Shown here piece after piece: positions 8,489 through 20,400 of a DNA stretch of 52,301 nucleotides. The notes under the pieces are model-generated. The model was not told the DNA's origin and did not search any database. It saw only the letters and a list, made by a program, of their open reading frames with translations. Within the stretch, counting starts at the first letter, position 1; the number at the start of each line of letters is the position of its first letter. Origin of the DNA: an uncultured Elusimicrobia bacterium (lineage in GTDB: Bacteria; RUG730); NCBI GenBank assembly GCA_900321865.1, contig ONXP01000041.1:1-52301 (forward strand), in the 5' to 3' direction. A program made the position numbers and the translations under genes.

Positions 8489-11400
8489 TTATGCTGCTAT
8501 ATCCAAGAATTTGGTAATAGATTTATCAGCTTTAGCTTTTTCTGCCATCTTTTTATGGGACTCTAGTGCAAAATTGATTCCATAAGTTTGAACTGCCTTA
8601 GTCACTTGAGTACTAATTTTTACAATATCTTCATCGGTTAAGTTCTCTTTATTATACAAATTTTCCAAATCTTTAATATAATCTCTTGCTCCCTTCATAT
8701 TAAATAAAATATTTCCTCTATATACTGGGATATTTTTAGCCGTAAATATTGTAATTTTTTCAGATTCCAAAGTATAATCTGGCTCTTTTTTCTCTTTCTC
8801 TTCTTCTAATTTTGCTTTATTTTCTTTGTTTAATTTATCTGTTATAATACAGAAATCTTTCTTTAATGCTTCTTCATTACCGTCTTTTGTCCCCAAAATA
8901 GATTCTATATCTTTTATATCTTCGTTTTTAATTTTAGAATCAGATAATTTCTTTATAGATTTATCTCTCATTTTTTCAAATTTTTCTTCACCTTTTAGAA
9001 TATTTGCATCATTCGTTGCCAAAATTTCTCCTCGCATAAGAAGTGTTACATTTCCTAAATGTTTATTTTTTATTAAATTATTCAATTTTTTTAAACTCAA
9101 TTCATCTCTAGAGTTAATATTAAACACAAAAGGAAATTTTGATAAGTCTTGAGTTTTCGCTACTTCTAAAAATTCATCAAATTCTTTTGTATTGTCAAAT
9201 TCTCTGATTATTGCTCCTTTCTCAAAGACTTGGGTTTGCCATAATTTTACAATTTCATTATTGTATCCAAGAATATTTATGTCACCATTATAACCCTTTC
9301 TATGTAATGCCGTCATTAAAGCATTTATACTTTCTGAATCTTTAGCGAAATCATCTGTTATTTGAACTAATTCTATACTTTCCATAGATTCAATAGAATC
9401 AAAAATATTTTGATTCATTCTAGGATTGTTTATTTCTATTTTGCCTTTGCTTTCTTCCTTAGATATTTGTTTAGTTTTACTTATCTCTGGCAATCTTATT
9501 TCTTCGCCTCTTCTATTAATAATTTTAATATTTTCATTTTGGAAATATTTGTCTAAGATAGATAAAATATTTCTAGGCAAAATCAACTCTTTATCCAAAC
9601 CTAAAATTATTTGTTCATTGTCCCGCCTTATGCCTTCTGCCTGTAATTTTTGTGAAAGCCAATTTTTGAAAACAACTTCGTCAGTTAAAACATATCCAGG
9701 AATTAAAAGAACTTCTTTTATATCAAAAGAATCAACAAATGTCCCAAACAAATTAACATTATTAACTCTTAAAATATTCCCTTTATCATTATGAAGCCAA
9801 AAACGCCTTGTTTCTTCTTCTTTGTGTTCATCTATAAAGCTTTCACAAGTTTTCTTTATTGCTTCTCTGCCAGTTTTTGCATCATTTTCTTTTTTTAGTC
9901 TTATTTTTTCTTCTGATAAAATTTTTAATTTTTCACCTTCTTCTATTTCTGGCAATTCTATTTCTATTTCTTTTTGTAAATCTTTATACTGATTCGATAT
10001 TTGTCTCAATCTATACATAAATTTCTGTCTATTCTCACCAATATTCCAAAGATCTAAAGCATCTTTATTCAAAGAAATTTTTACCTTTTCACCAATCTCA
10101 ATTTTATAAAGCTCTTTTTGGGTTCCGTCTTCATCTATAACTATAGGATCAAGATAAGCACTCTTTCCTTTTTCATATTTTGTATCATCTTTTATAGCTT
10201 TTGTATCTATAGATTCTGTCATATAATTTGTTTCTAGGTTGCTCCCTATCATAGTAGAATTTATATTAATATTTTTATATATATTTTTCCTAGTCAATTT
10301 TTTTATTCCTAAAGTATTTTCAAAATTATTCCACGATTTTACAGCATCAGAGACTCTTTTTTCTGTAGCTCCAAAAAATCTTCCATTCTTTGTAAACACA
10401 ATATTTGTTGTAATTTTTCCACTTTCCAAGACTTCTCTAAATACATCGCTAGTAAGTTCATTTATATTTTTTTCTTCCACATTATCAAGATTGATAATTA
10501 AAGGTTCTGTCTTGATAGAAGAAATTTTTTCCTGCAATTCTTCTTTTTGTTTTTTAAATCCAGCTTTAGACAATGTAATGTTTTTTACTCCACCACCTAA
10601 ATTCAAACTTCTAAGCATCTCTTGCATAGGATCGTTTACAGCATTTTTATTGTTTAATAAAACTTTTTCAATTTCTTCATTTCTGCTTAAAAGGATCCCA
10701 GCATTTTTATAGTCATTTGTTTCTTCTTCTCCTTTTAAGTTTATATATTTATTAGAATACACATCTACAATATTTCCTTTGGTATCTCTTACTACTATAT
10801 TTGGCAAAATATTTTTATGATCATCAACCAAACTACTTGCTTTTTCGTTAAATGCCTTTATTCCATCTCTAATAGCTAGTTCATTTTCCCTAGTTTTCTG
10901 GCTAGAAACTACTATTTCATAAATTGTTTCTTTTCTATCTTCTTCTTTGTTTCTAATATACTCATCCAAAAGTTTCTGTTCTATTTCCATAGCTATTAAG
11001 TCTTTATATTCGTCTAGAGTAATTTTTTTAGCCTTTAGAGATCTTTTTGCTTCCTTAAAAATAGTTCCTGAAAAATCTAGAGTTTGTTTTTTATTATTGT
11101 TAAAAATATTCTGATATCTTATTTTCTTTACCAACATTTGTATCAAGGATGGAATAAATAATGTTGCAACTCTCCAAATAACAGCCCAAGCTTGTTCTAA
11201 AACTTTTACACCGCCTTTGCTTTCAATGTTCGGATTAAACAAAGCTAAAACAAATGATGCCACTCCTCCTAAAATAATAGCAGGAACATATAACAAAGCT
11301 AAAATCACTATTACTATTGCAGAAAATAAAGGAGAAATTATAGCCCAAAGATTATAAAGAAACCCTATAAAAGAATCTGCTTTAATTTTTGGCATCACAA

Positions 11401-14400
11401 AGCCATTTTTAATTCTATTAAAATGATATTTAATCCAGTCTGACATTTTATCAAAAATTCCTTTAAAGAAATTTTTAAAACGGTAAGAAAATCCAAGACT
11501 ATTTTCAAAGCCTTCTTTTTCTATCGCAAATAAATTTTTTCTTCTTTCATTGTCAAATTTATTATATTCTTTTAGAACTTTTTCATCTGTGGATAAAATA
11601 ACATTCCCAATTTCTTGTGCTTTTAAATATTTATAATCTTCAGCACCCTTTTCTTCATCTACATAATTTTCTTCTAGATAATCTGATAATATAAAATCGG
11701 ATAAATTATCAGGATTCATCGCCCTTAAAATACTTTGTCTTTCTGTTAAAATTGCAATTTTTTCATCTAAACTATTTAATTTTCCAAAAGTATCTTTAGC
11801 CTTAGCATATTCAAAAGTCTTGTATTCGTTTGTTTTTAAATTTTGCATAACTTTTTCATAAAAAGCATCTTTATCATTATTATAAATTTCTTTTAATTGA
11901 TCCTTAGTAATAGATTTTTCTTCATCAATTAAAGAAATATCATTTAAAGAAACATCTTTTGAATCTTCTGACTCGCTTATTAAGCCTGATTCGGAAGAAA
12001 TTAAAACTTTCTCAGTTCTATCTTCTGACTCAAAAGAGCCCAAATCTTCTTTGGACATATCGAGTATAGCACTAGAGCCTACTGCATTTTTAATAGTTTG
12101 TAAAAGTTCGTCCTTTTCCCCTTCTGTTTCTTTAATTACTTTTTCTATATCTTCTACAGACTCCATAACTACATAATCATAATTATCAAGAGAGAAAAGT
12201 TTATTTAAATTATCTAAATATTTTTGATTTAACTTAGAATCTATATATTTTTTTCTTTCTTCGCTAATTTTTGAAAATTCTCCTTTTTTCTCGTCAATAA
12301 AAGCTTGATTAATTTTATCTAATTTGTCTATTCTCTCTTCTTTCCATTCCTTTTCAGTTTCATCTTTAACATTTTCCAATTCTTCCTTCTTTTCCTTAAA
12401 ATAATTATCAAAATTTTTCGAATCTAAAATAGCAGTTAACTCATACATTCTATCGATTTTGTTGGCATTTTTTTGTCTTATTGCTTTAATTTTGTTATTA
12501 AGGCTTAGGATCTGACTTTTTGCTACTTCTTCAAGATTAACATCTGACGAAAGTTCTTTATATTTTTCTTTCTCTTTTTCATACAATGTGATTTTTGAAG
12601 TATCTTTATCTAATTCTTTTTCTAAAGCAGTCTTTTCTAAGATTAATTTTGCAATTTCATTATCTGTTATAGTTTCGAGTTTAGTAGTATCTTTTTTGAG
12701 ATCAAGTTTATCATCTTCTTTTATTTTTTCTCCATCCAAGATTTTTTTGTCTATTTCTTTAGATGCAATAGTTATATCATACTTTAAAGAGTTTAAATAT
12801 AATTCATTTGCTTCTTTATTAAATTTATTATTTATATCTTGAATATTGTTATATTGTATATCCAATTCTTCATTTTTAGATTTTAATTTTTCTTCGTTAT
12901 TTTTTAAATCTTGTTTTAAAGTTTCTATTTTCTCTTCCATTTCTGCTTTTTGATTTTTTATATTTTCATTATTTTCAATATTTAAAGTCTTTAGTGTTTC
13001 TTTTTTAAATTCGTTTATTTGATTATCTATTTCTTCAATTGAAACTAAATTTCTGCTAATTTCATTTAATTCTTCTCGTAAATTATTTAACTCTTTTCTA
13101 GTGCCTTTTGATATTATTTCCTCTTCTTTTCCTGCCTTTAATTTAATTTGTCCCAAAAGATTAGAATTCAACATTTCTTTTTTAATTTTATCTATCGAAT
13201 ATGAGATTTTTGCTGATATATCCTCAGATAAATTTAATTTACTTTCTATTTTTGAAAGATTATTTGTTAAAGATAAAACTTCCTGTTTAATTTTATTCGC
13301 AGTCTTTGAATGATCCATCTCATCTATTTCCATTTTAGAAAGCCTTATAATATTATCCTTTGATGTTTTTATAATTCTATTTAAATTAACAAGATTATCT
13401 CTATTAAAGTCTATTTCCTTTTGTATATCGCTTATAGATGAAAATTTATTCATATTCTCTATAGAATTTTTATCTTCTTCTTTTAATCCTTTCTCTTTAA
13501 AAGAGATCTTTCTACTCTTAATTTTTCTATTAATTGTAAGTAAAATTAACTCTTTTTCTTTGGTCAAATCTTTTGTTTTCAAAATATCAGCGTAGTTTTG
13601 TTTTGTATAGTTTATAAGCTCTTTTTCTTTGGATTTATTTTCAAAAATTTCTTTTTCTTTTTCTAAAGTTTCTATCTCTTGTTTTTGTTTTAAAATATCT
13701 GCATTTATTGATTTTATTTCATCTCTCGTTTTTAATAAGTTTGCTGTCTTTTCATTTCTCTCTTCATACATTTTTTCTTTTATCAATTTTTGCCTTTGTA
13801 AAAACAATTCTTTTCTTTCAAAAACATTCTGAACTTTATTCAAAGTTTGTAAATCTTTTGAGATAGTTGTATTAGTTTTGTCTGATGAAATTGCGAGAGT
13901 AATATTAGCATCAGCTTTTTTGTCTTTTATTTCAGCTATTTTGTTTTTAAATTTTTCTGTAAAATCTTTTTTCTCTGATTTTGACAATTCTTCCCATCTT
14001 TTTGCATCTACATTTATAACTACATCTCCTGATTGCCAATCTTCTTCTTTTATTCCCAAATTTTTATCCTGTATCCTTTTTCTAAATAATTCTTTTGCAG
14101 TTTTATCTTTGGCTTTATCTTCAAAATTAGATCCAAAGTTAACAATCTTTTTATCTTTCATATTTTGATAAAAATCAACTTTCTTATCTACTTTCTTAGT
14201 TCCAAAATCTTCATAAGAAAACACATTATTATTTTTAATCATATTTTCACTAGATGCTACCATAATTTTTAAATTTTTATTTTGACTTGCTTCATCTACT
14301 ATCTTTTTTACAAGAGGAGATTTTTGTATTCTATTATACTGCTTTGGAGTTAAAATTATTTGAGAAACTTTATATTTATCGTTATTTAATTCAAATTTCC

Positions 14401-17400
14401 AATTATCCTTTTTCATAGTTTCCAATTTATGAGCTATCAAAGTTTCATCATTAGTGTTAAATTTAAACACCCCTTTATTTTGATTTCCAGTGAGAGCAGT
14501 ATTAGTAATTTTTACATTTTGAACCAAATCTTCGTCTTTCATCATTTTTTTAGTATAAGAAATATCTTTCGCTATATAAAGAGCTGTATCTAATACTGTT
14601 GAAGCCGCCCCTAAACTTTGAGAAGAGTTAATTTGAGCCATTGTATAAATTCCAGATTTTTCTACCCTTTCCTCAACATCTAACATTAATTCGTTCCAAT
14701 CTGTTTTTAAAATACTATCCAAAGTTTTCTTTGTTCCTTCTATATCTTTTCTTCTATATTTTAGTTCTGCTAATAAATTTTTATCTTCTATTCCATCATT
14801 TATTCCTAACATCATTCTCCTAGTTACTTTATATTTCTGTTTATCACTAGACAACATCCCATATACTTGCTCTGACAAATCAAGAGTAGATTTTAACGAT
14901 TTTTTAAATGTATCCATACCAGATTTATATTCTCCATCTTCTTGTCTATATAAATCTGCTTCTTGACCTTTTGCTTTTCTTAAAAATTCATCTCTAATTA
15001 ACTCTAATTTTAATTTATCTTTTCCAGTTGCTTTTTTTATCATTGTTTCAAGAGGAAGTTTTATAAGTGCTGTTCTTACTCCTTCTGAAATCTGATAAAG
15101 TGCAGAAGCATTTGCTTTTTCATTAGCTAAAACTACAGAATTATCCTGTATCATCTCACTGACAGATTTCCTAACATCTCCATTTTCTATATCTTCTATA
15201 TATGAACCATATCTGCTTGCTTCTGTTTTTAATTCATTATATTCTTGTATAATTTTTTGTTGTTTTATTGTTCTATCGCCTTCTTTTGCCTTTAATGCAT
15301 TTTTATAAAACTCAGATTTATCTAAATCTTTAAGTTTTGCTTCTATTTGCTGTTTTGAAGATTCAAATCTTTTTTTCATAGAAGAAACATCTACAGCAAC
15401 CGTTCTAGAAAAAGTATCCTTTGATGATCCTCTACCTACCCTTCCCAGAATTTGGAGCAAATCATTTTTAGAAATTTTTTCAGCATCTAAGACCAAAAGT
15501 TCCATTTTCCCTTTAAAATCCATACCTCGTCCTGCTTTATTTGTAGCAAATACGGAATATTCATTTTCAGAAACTTTTTTAGCAAGAGGGCTGACATTAT
15601 CTGCATTTGTGTAATTATCTATAACATAAATCTTTTTCGTTTCCAGCTTATTAACTAAGTTTTCTGCAGCTTCCAAATTATCATTTAACATAGCCTTCAC
15701 TGCTGTTCTAGATTTTAAAATATCCATCATAGAAACATCTACAAGTCTCCCTATTTCACCTTTTTGGGTAACTTCATGGAAGCCGTCATCTTGATATTTA
15801 ACCTTTCCTGTTCTAATTAATTCTCCCAGGCTTCTATATCCAGTTTCTCCTTCTTTATTAAATACTTTGTCTATTATTTCGCCTTCTTTTCCATAATCGG
15901 AAGCAAATTCTGCTGTTGAAACTCTGTCCGTTTTTTTAGTAATTGCTGAAACTTTATCTAAAAATTTTATAGCTTCTTCATCGCCTTGTACTCTATTTTC
16001 TAATGTTTTCATTAAATTCTTTCGAATATTTTTATGATCTTGAATAGCTAATTTCCCCCAATTTGCTTCACTTTTTTTATTATTCATAAAATCTGAAGCC
16101 ATATCGCTAGTTGTTTTATCCCCAACTATCGCCGTTTTATAGCTATAATCTGTAAAAGTTCCCTCTGATATTTCCAAAACTGGAGCTGAAACTGCCTTGC
16201 TTATAGTTTTAGCTCCATAAACCGTACCAGATCCTCCAAATACATTTAACTTTACACCTTGATTTTTAGTCAAAATTTCTTGTGTTGATGCCTCTACGGT
16301 AGTAACAGAAACTTCTGCTTTAAACTCATCCAGAGACTTTATATCCATAGTGTTTTCAAAGTTTTTTAAACTAAATTGATCCATGTTTCCACCTTTTTTA
16401 AGATAAGAATCTATTACTTGGGTGGCAACAGAATTAATGCTTACTCCATCCTGGACTCCAAACTGAACCCCGCTAACACTGTCTGACTTATAACCGCCTA
16501 CTGTGTCTCCATTTTTTAATTCCTGCTTTGCTCTTAAAACTTGTTCTATTGTATATTGAAACTGTCCTTTCATTTTATCGTCTTCTAAAGTAGTAACTCC
16601 AGCAGGATTATAAAGCATGTTAGTTAAAGCTTTGTCTTTTTTCATTTCTTCTAACATATTATCCAAAACCTGAGCATTCATAGAATTTATTCCGTTTTCA
16701 TTTTTAAAGACTTTCGATTCTATTAAAGGATCTTTTTTCTTCATATCATCTATTACTTTGGTGTATATTTCTAAAGTTTTTATAACTTGATATTTTTCGC
16801 CATGAGATGCAGCTTTTTTGCTAGCATTTATAAAAGATTGTTGCCTTAAAGCCAAAGCATCTGCCTCATCTATAGCAACTGTTCCTATATCGTTTAATTT
16901 GTTTAATCTTTTATCTTCTCTAATTTCATGAGCCAAATGTCCCCTAGTCTCTAGGTCAAAGACAAAAATTGTTTTATTGGTTGCATTATTTAATTTTTTA
17001 ACTAAATATTCGTTGTCATTAACTCCCTCTGGCTTAACTCCATTTTGCATATCAACACCAAAAAATCTTTTCATAATAGCGGTATTTCCACCACCAGAAA
17101 TATTTCCTTTTTCGTCTGTTCCTAACATATTTGTAACTTCTTGTCTTGCAGAAACCAAAATTTCAGCCGTTCCTGCTTTACCGGTCATCATCTGAGATGC
17201 TATAACCAAAGGATAAACTCGGGTTTTTCCTCCTCCCATACCAAGAGCAGCAATATATCCAGCATCATTAGCCGCCATCATTAAAAGCTGATTTTGAGAT
17301 TGTCCCATACTTACATCAGCAAAAGAAGTCTCTCTGGCAGAAAATTTTCCATTCTCAATAGGATGATGCCCTTCAGCCATTTTTAATGTTATAGCTCTCA

Positions 17401-20400
17401 TAATTTCTGCCTGTGTGCTGGTTAAATTTGTTCCAGGTTTATATCCAGGAAATGCTGCTGATAAAATTTTATCACTATTTAAATCACTACCTAAATTGTT
17501 TTCTATATCATCATAAGACGCTGTTTTTATAAAAGTCCTTACTGCTTGTTCATCATTTCTATTTATAGTCAATTCTTTATTGTTGAATTTATAAGTTATT
17601 GTGTTACCTTTATTCTTCGTGTTAATAATATTCTCTACCATTGCTTTTTGTATGTTTGCCATTGGCTCTTCTATCATTTGATCAAGCTTCTTAAAGAACC
17701 TAACCTTATTATCTTCTAATTCTTGGTTTACAAATTTATTCACATTATTAGTTAAATCTCTTATACCACTTCTTGTATACCTAACTTTTCCGTCTTTATC
17801 GTAAATATTATCTCCTTCCAGTCCGTTCAAATTACTTGTCAATAATTGGAGTCCTTTGGAAAGATACATTTTATTTAATTCTGACTGCTGTGAAAAAGGC
17901 TTTCCGTTTTTTATTATGTTTTTTATCGTATCCATAACATCAGTATCTATGTCTATCGTTCCAAAAGTTCTATCAGCCTCTTTTAACTTGTTTAAACAAT
18001 AGTCTAATTTTTTAGCCATAACAATATTTTCATGCTTTAAAATTATATTTTTTTGCTCTTGGGTTCTTTTATCTTCTGGAATATTTTTAAACATATTATA
18101 AGAATCTTCTAATTCTTTAGTATCTTCAGCTAAAATTGGATTTATTTTATTTCTCACAGTAGTATTTAAAACTGCCATATCAGCATTTGTTTCTTTCATC
18201 ATATTTTCTACCAAAGATGGCATGCTTAAAGCTTCTTTTTTATAATCCAACTCTTTTACAATCCCAAATGTTTTTTTCAGACTATCTCTAGATGCATCAT
18301 CTAAATTACTAGTATCAGCCAAAGCCTTTTCAAATTCTTTCATAGATAAATTAGTCAATAGAGTTCTTGCTTTTTCTTTGTTTAATTTATTATCAGCACC
18401 AATTATCTCTTTATATTCAGCTTGTTTATCTTCTGACAAACCATCAACAAGTTTTTTGCACACCTTTCCTAAATTATCGTTATTTTTCTCAATTATATTC
18501 TCTGAAATATTATCAAAAATCTTATCGCTTTTTTTATTCATCTTCGTTATATCCAAACTGTCTATATCATTATCCAAATCCAACTTCGAAATATTTTGTT
18601 TTATAGTTAAAACTTTTAATTCATTCCTTAAATCGTTAGAAACATCTTGTCTTAGCATTTCTTGATTTTCTTTTAAAATTCCAGTTCTGTTAAAAACTTC
18701 TTTTGTCTTAAAGTTTGATACAAATTTTGTTTCAAAGTTTTTATCTATATCGTATCCTGCTGCTTTAAGCATATTTATTGCAGATTGCCCAGAATACATA
18801 CCAAGCTTTTGTATAGCATTACCTAAAACATTTCGACCATCTTTATCAATTTCAAAATCTTGACTAGTAAATGTATCTTTATCAACTTTTTCTATTATTT
18901 TTATCAATTCTTGAATTGCATCTTTCTTTTTGCCTATATCAGTCATAGGGAAAATCCCTTTTATCTTATCACCTAAAGATGTTCCGGAATTTTTATCTAA
19001 TTCTTCATTTAAAATTTCTAAGAATTTCTTTTTATTTATTTCTTTATTACTAGCTAAAATTGCATCTTTTATCGGAGTAAAAGATCTAGAAGTCTTGATT
19101 TCTAATGATTTTTCTGTATCTTTTCCTCCTTCTGTTATATTAATTAAATTTTCTTTAGCCAATTTTATTCTTTTTTCGTTTAATTTTTCTCTTTTTATAA
19201 TATTTGTTAGCATTTCTTTAGAATATGAACCTTGAAAATCATTCTCTTTTACAAGATCCTTTAATGAAGAATGTGAAAGAGAGAGCTTTTTCCCATTATG
19301 TTCAATTGCATAAGAACTTAATTCTATTTCTCCGTTTTCAATTTTACTAAGAACTGACCTTCTTATAATAACACCTGTTTCTCGTCCTTCGCCTTTTTTA
19401 GTATTGAAATTTTTTAATGAAATGCCATTTTGTGCAGCTTCTTCATACCCAGAAACAAACTCATTTAATACATTATGGTTTACAGTTCTCAAAACTTCAT
19501 ATTGTCTATTCGTAAAAGAAATTGCATATTTTGTCTTTTGAGAATTAGCATTTTTTATTAAATTTTCTTTTTCCTCATTATTTTTGTTAATCATTTGCTC
19601 TATCTGGGCTAAGGTTTTTTGCTCTTTTTCCCCATTTATGTCTATTTCTATAGTTTCTCCTACTCCTTTTTTTAATTTATATTTTTGTGTCAATAAATAT
19701 GAATTCTCTCTCTCAATATCATTTAAACTTTCATTTAAATTCTGATCTATCTTTGCATTGATTTTCGATTTCACTAAATTTATAGTACTATCAGATTTTT
19801 CTACTAAATCATTCATATCTTGCTTATACTTTTTAATAGCATCAATTTTCTTTGTATTATCAGCAACATTACCAAAATTTTCTGCAATATTATCTAGATC
19901 TTTTACAGTCTTTACAATAAGTTTCACATTAGAAACTGTTTCTTCGCTTCCACCCTTATCAAGAATTGTTTTCGCAAGATCTTCAACATCTTCATCTTTA
20001 AGTGTGTGATTTTTTATTTTTGTTTGCACATCGTCTACAAGTAAAAATGCAAAATCTTTTACACCTTCTACATCTTTTAATTCATTCTTTAATAAAGAAG
20101 TTAATTCTGAAGTTGCCGAATCTTGAAAATTTTTCAAATTGTTTTTTAATAAGGAAACATCTTTATCTTCTGAGCTTTCTATATATATTTCTACATTCTT
20201 TAAAGCTTTATCTGATTCATTTTTAAATAACTCTTTCATATATACTTTGTTCTTTTCTGCCATTATCGCAATCTCATCTCCGTATAAATTATTTAAGCTT
20301 TTTTCAATTTTTAAATAATCTTGCACTTTTGACAAATTTTTTGTCCCTAGCTCAGTAAAATCCAAATCCTCTGCTTTTATTCCTTTTTTCTCTTTTCCTA

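Noticed and set aside
15400-17320. Calling this the housekeeping secA
   Set aside because: Only motif-level similarity, embedded in a 6,380-aa membrane protein. No gene symbol is justified.
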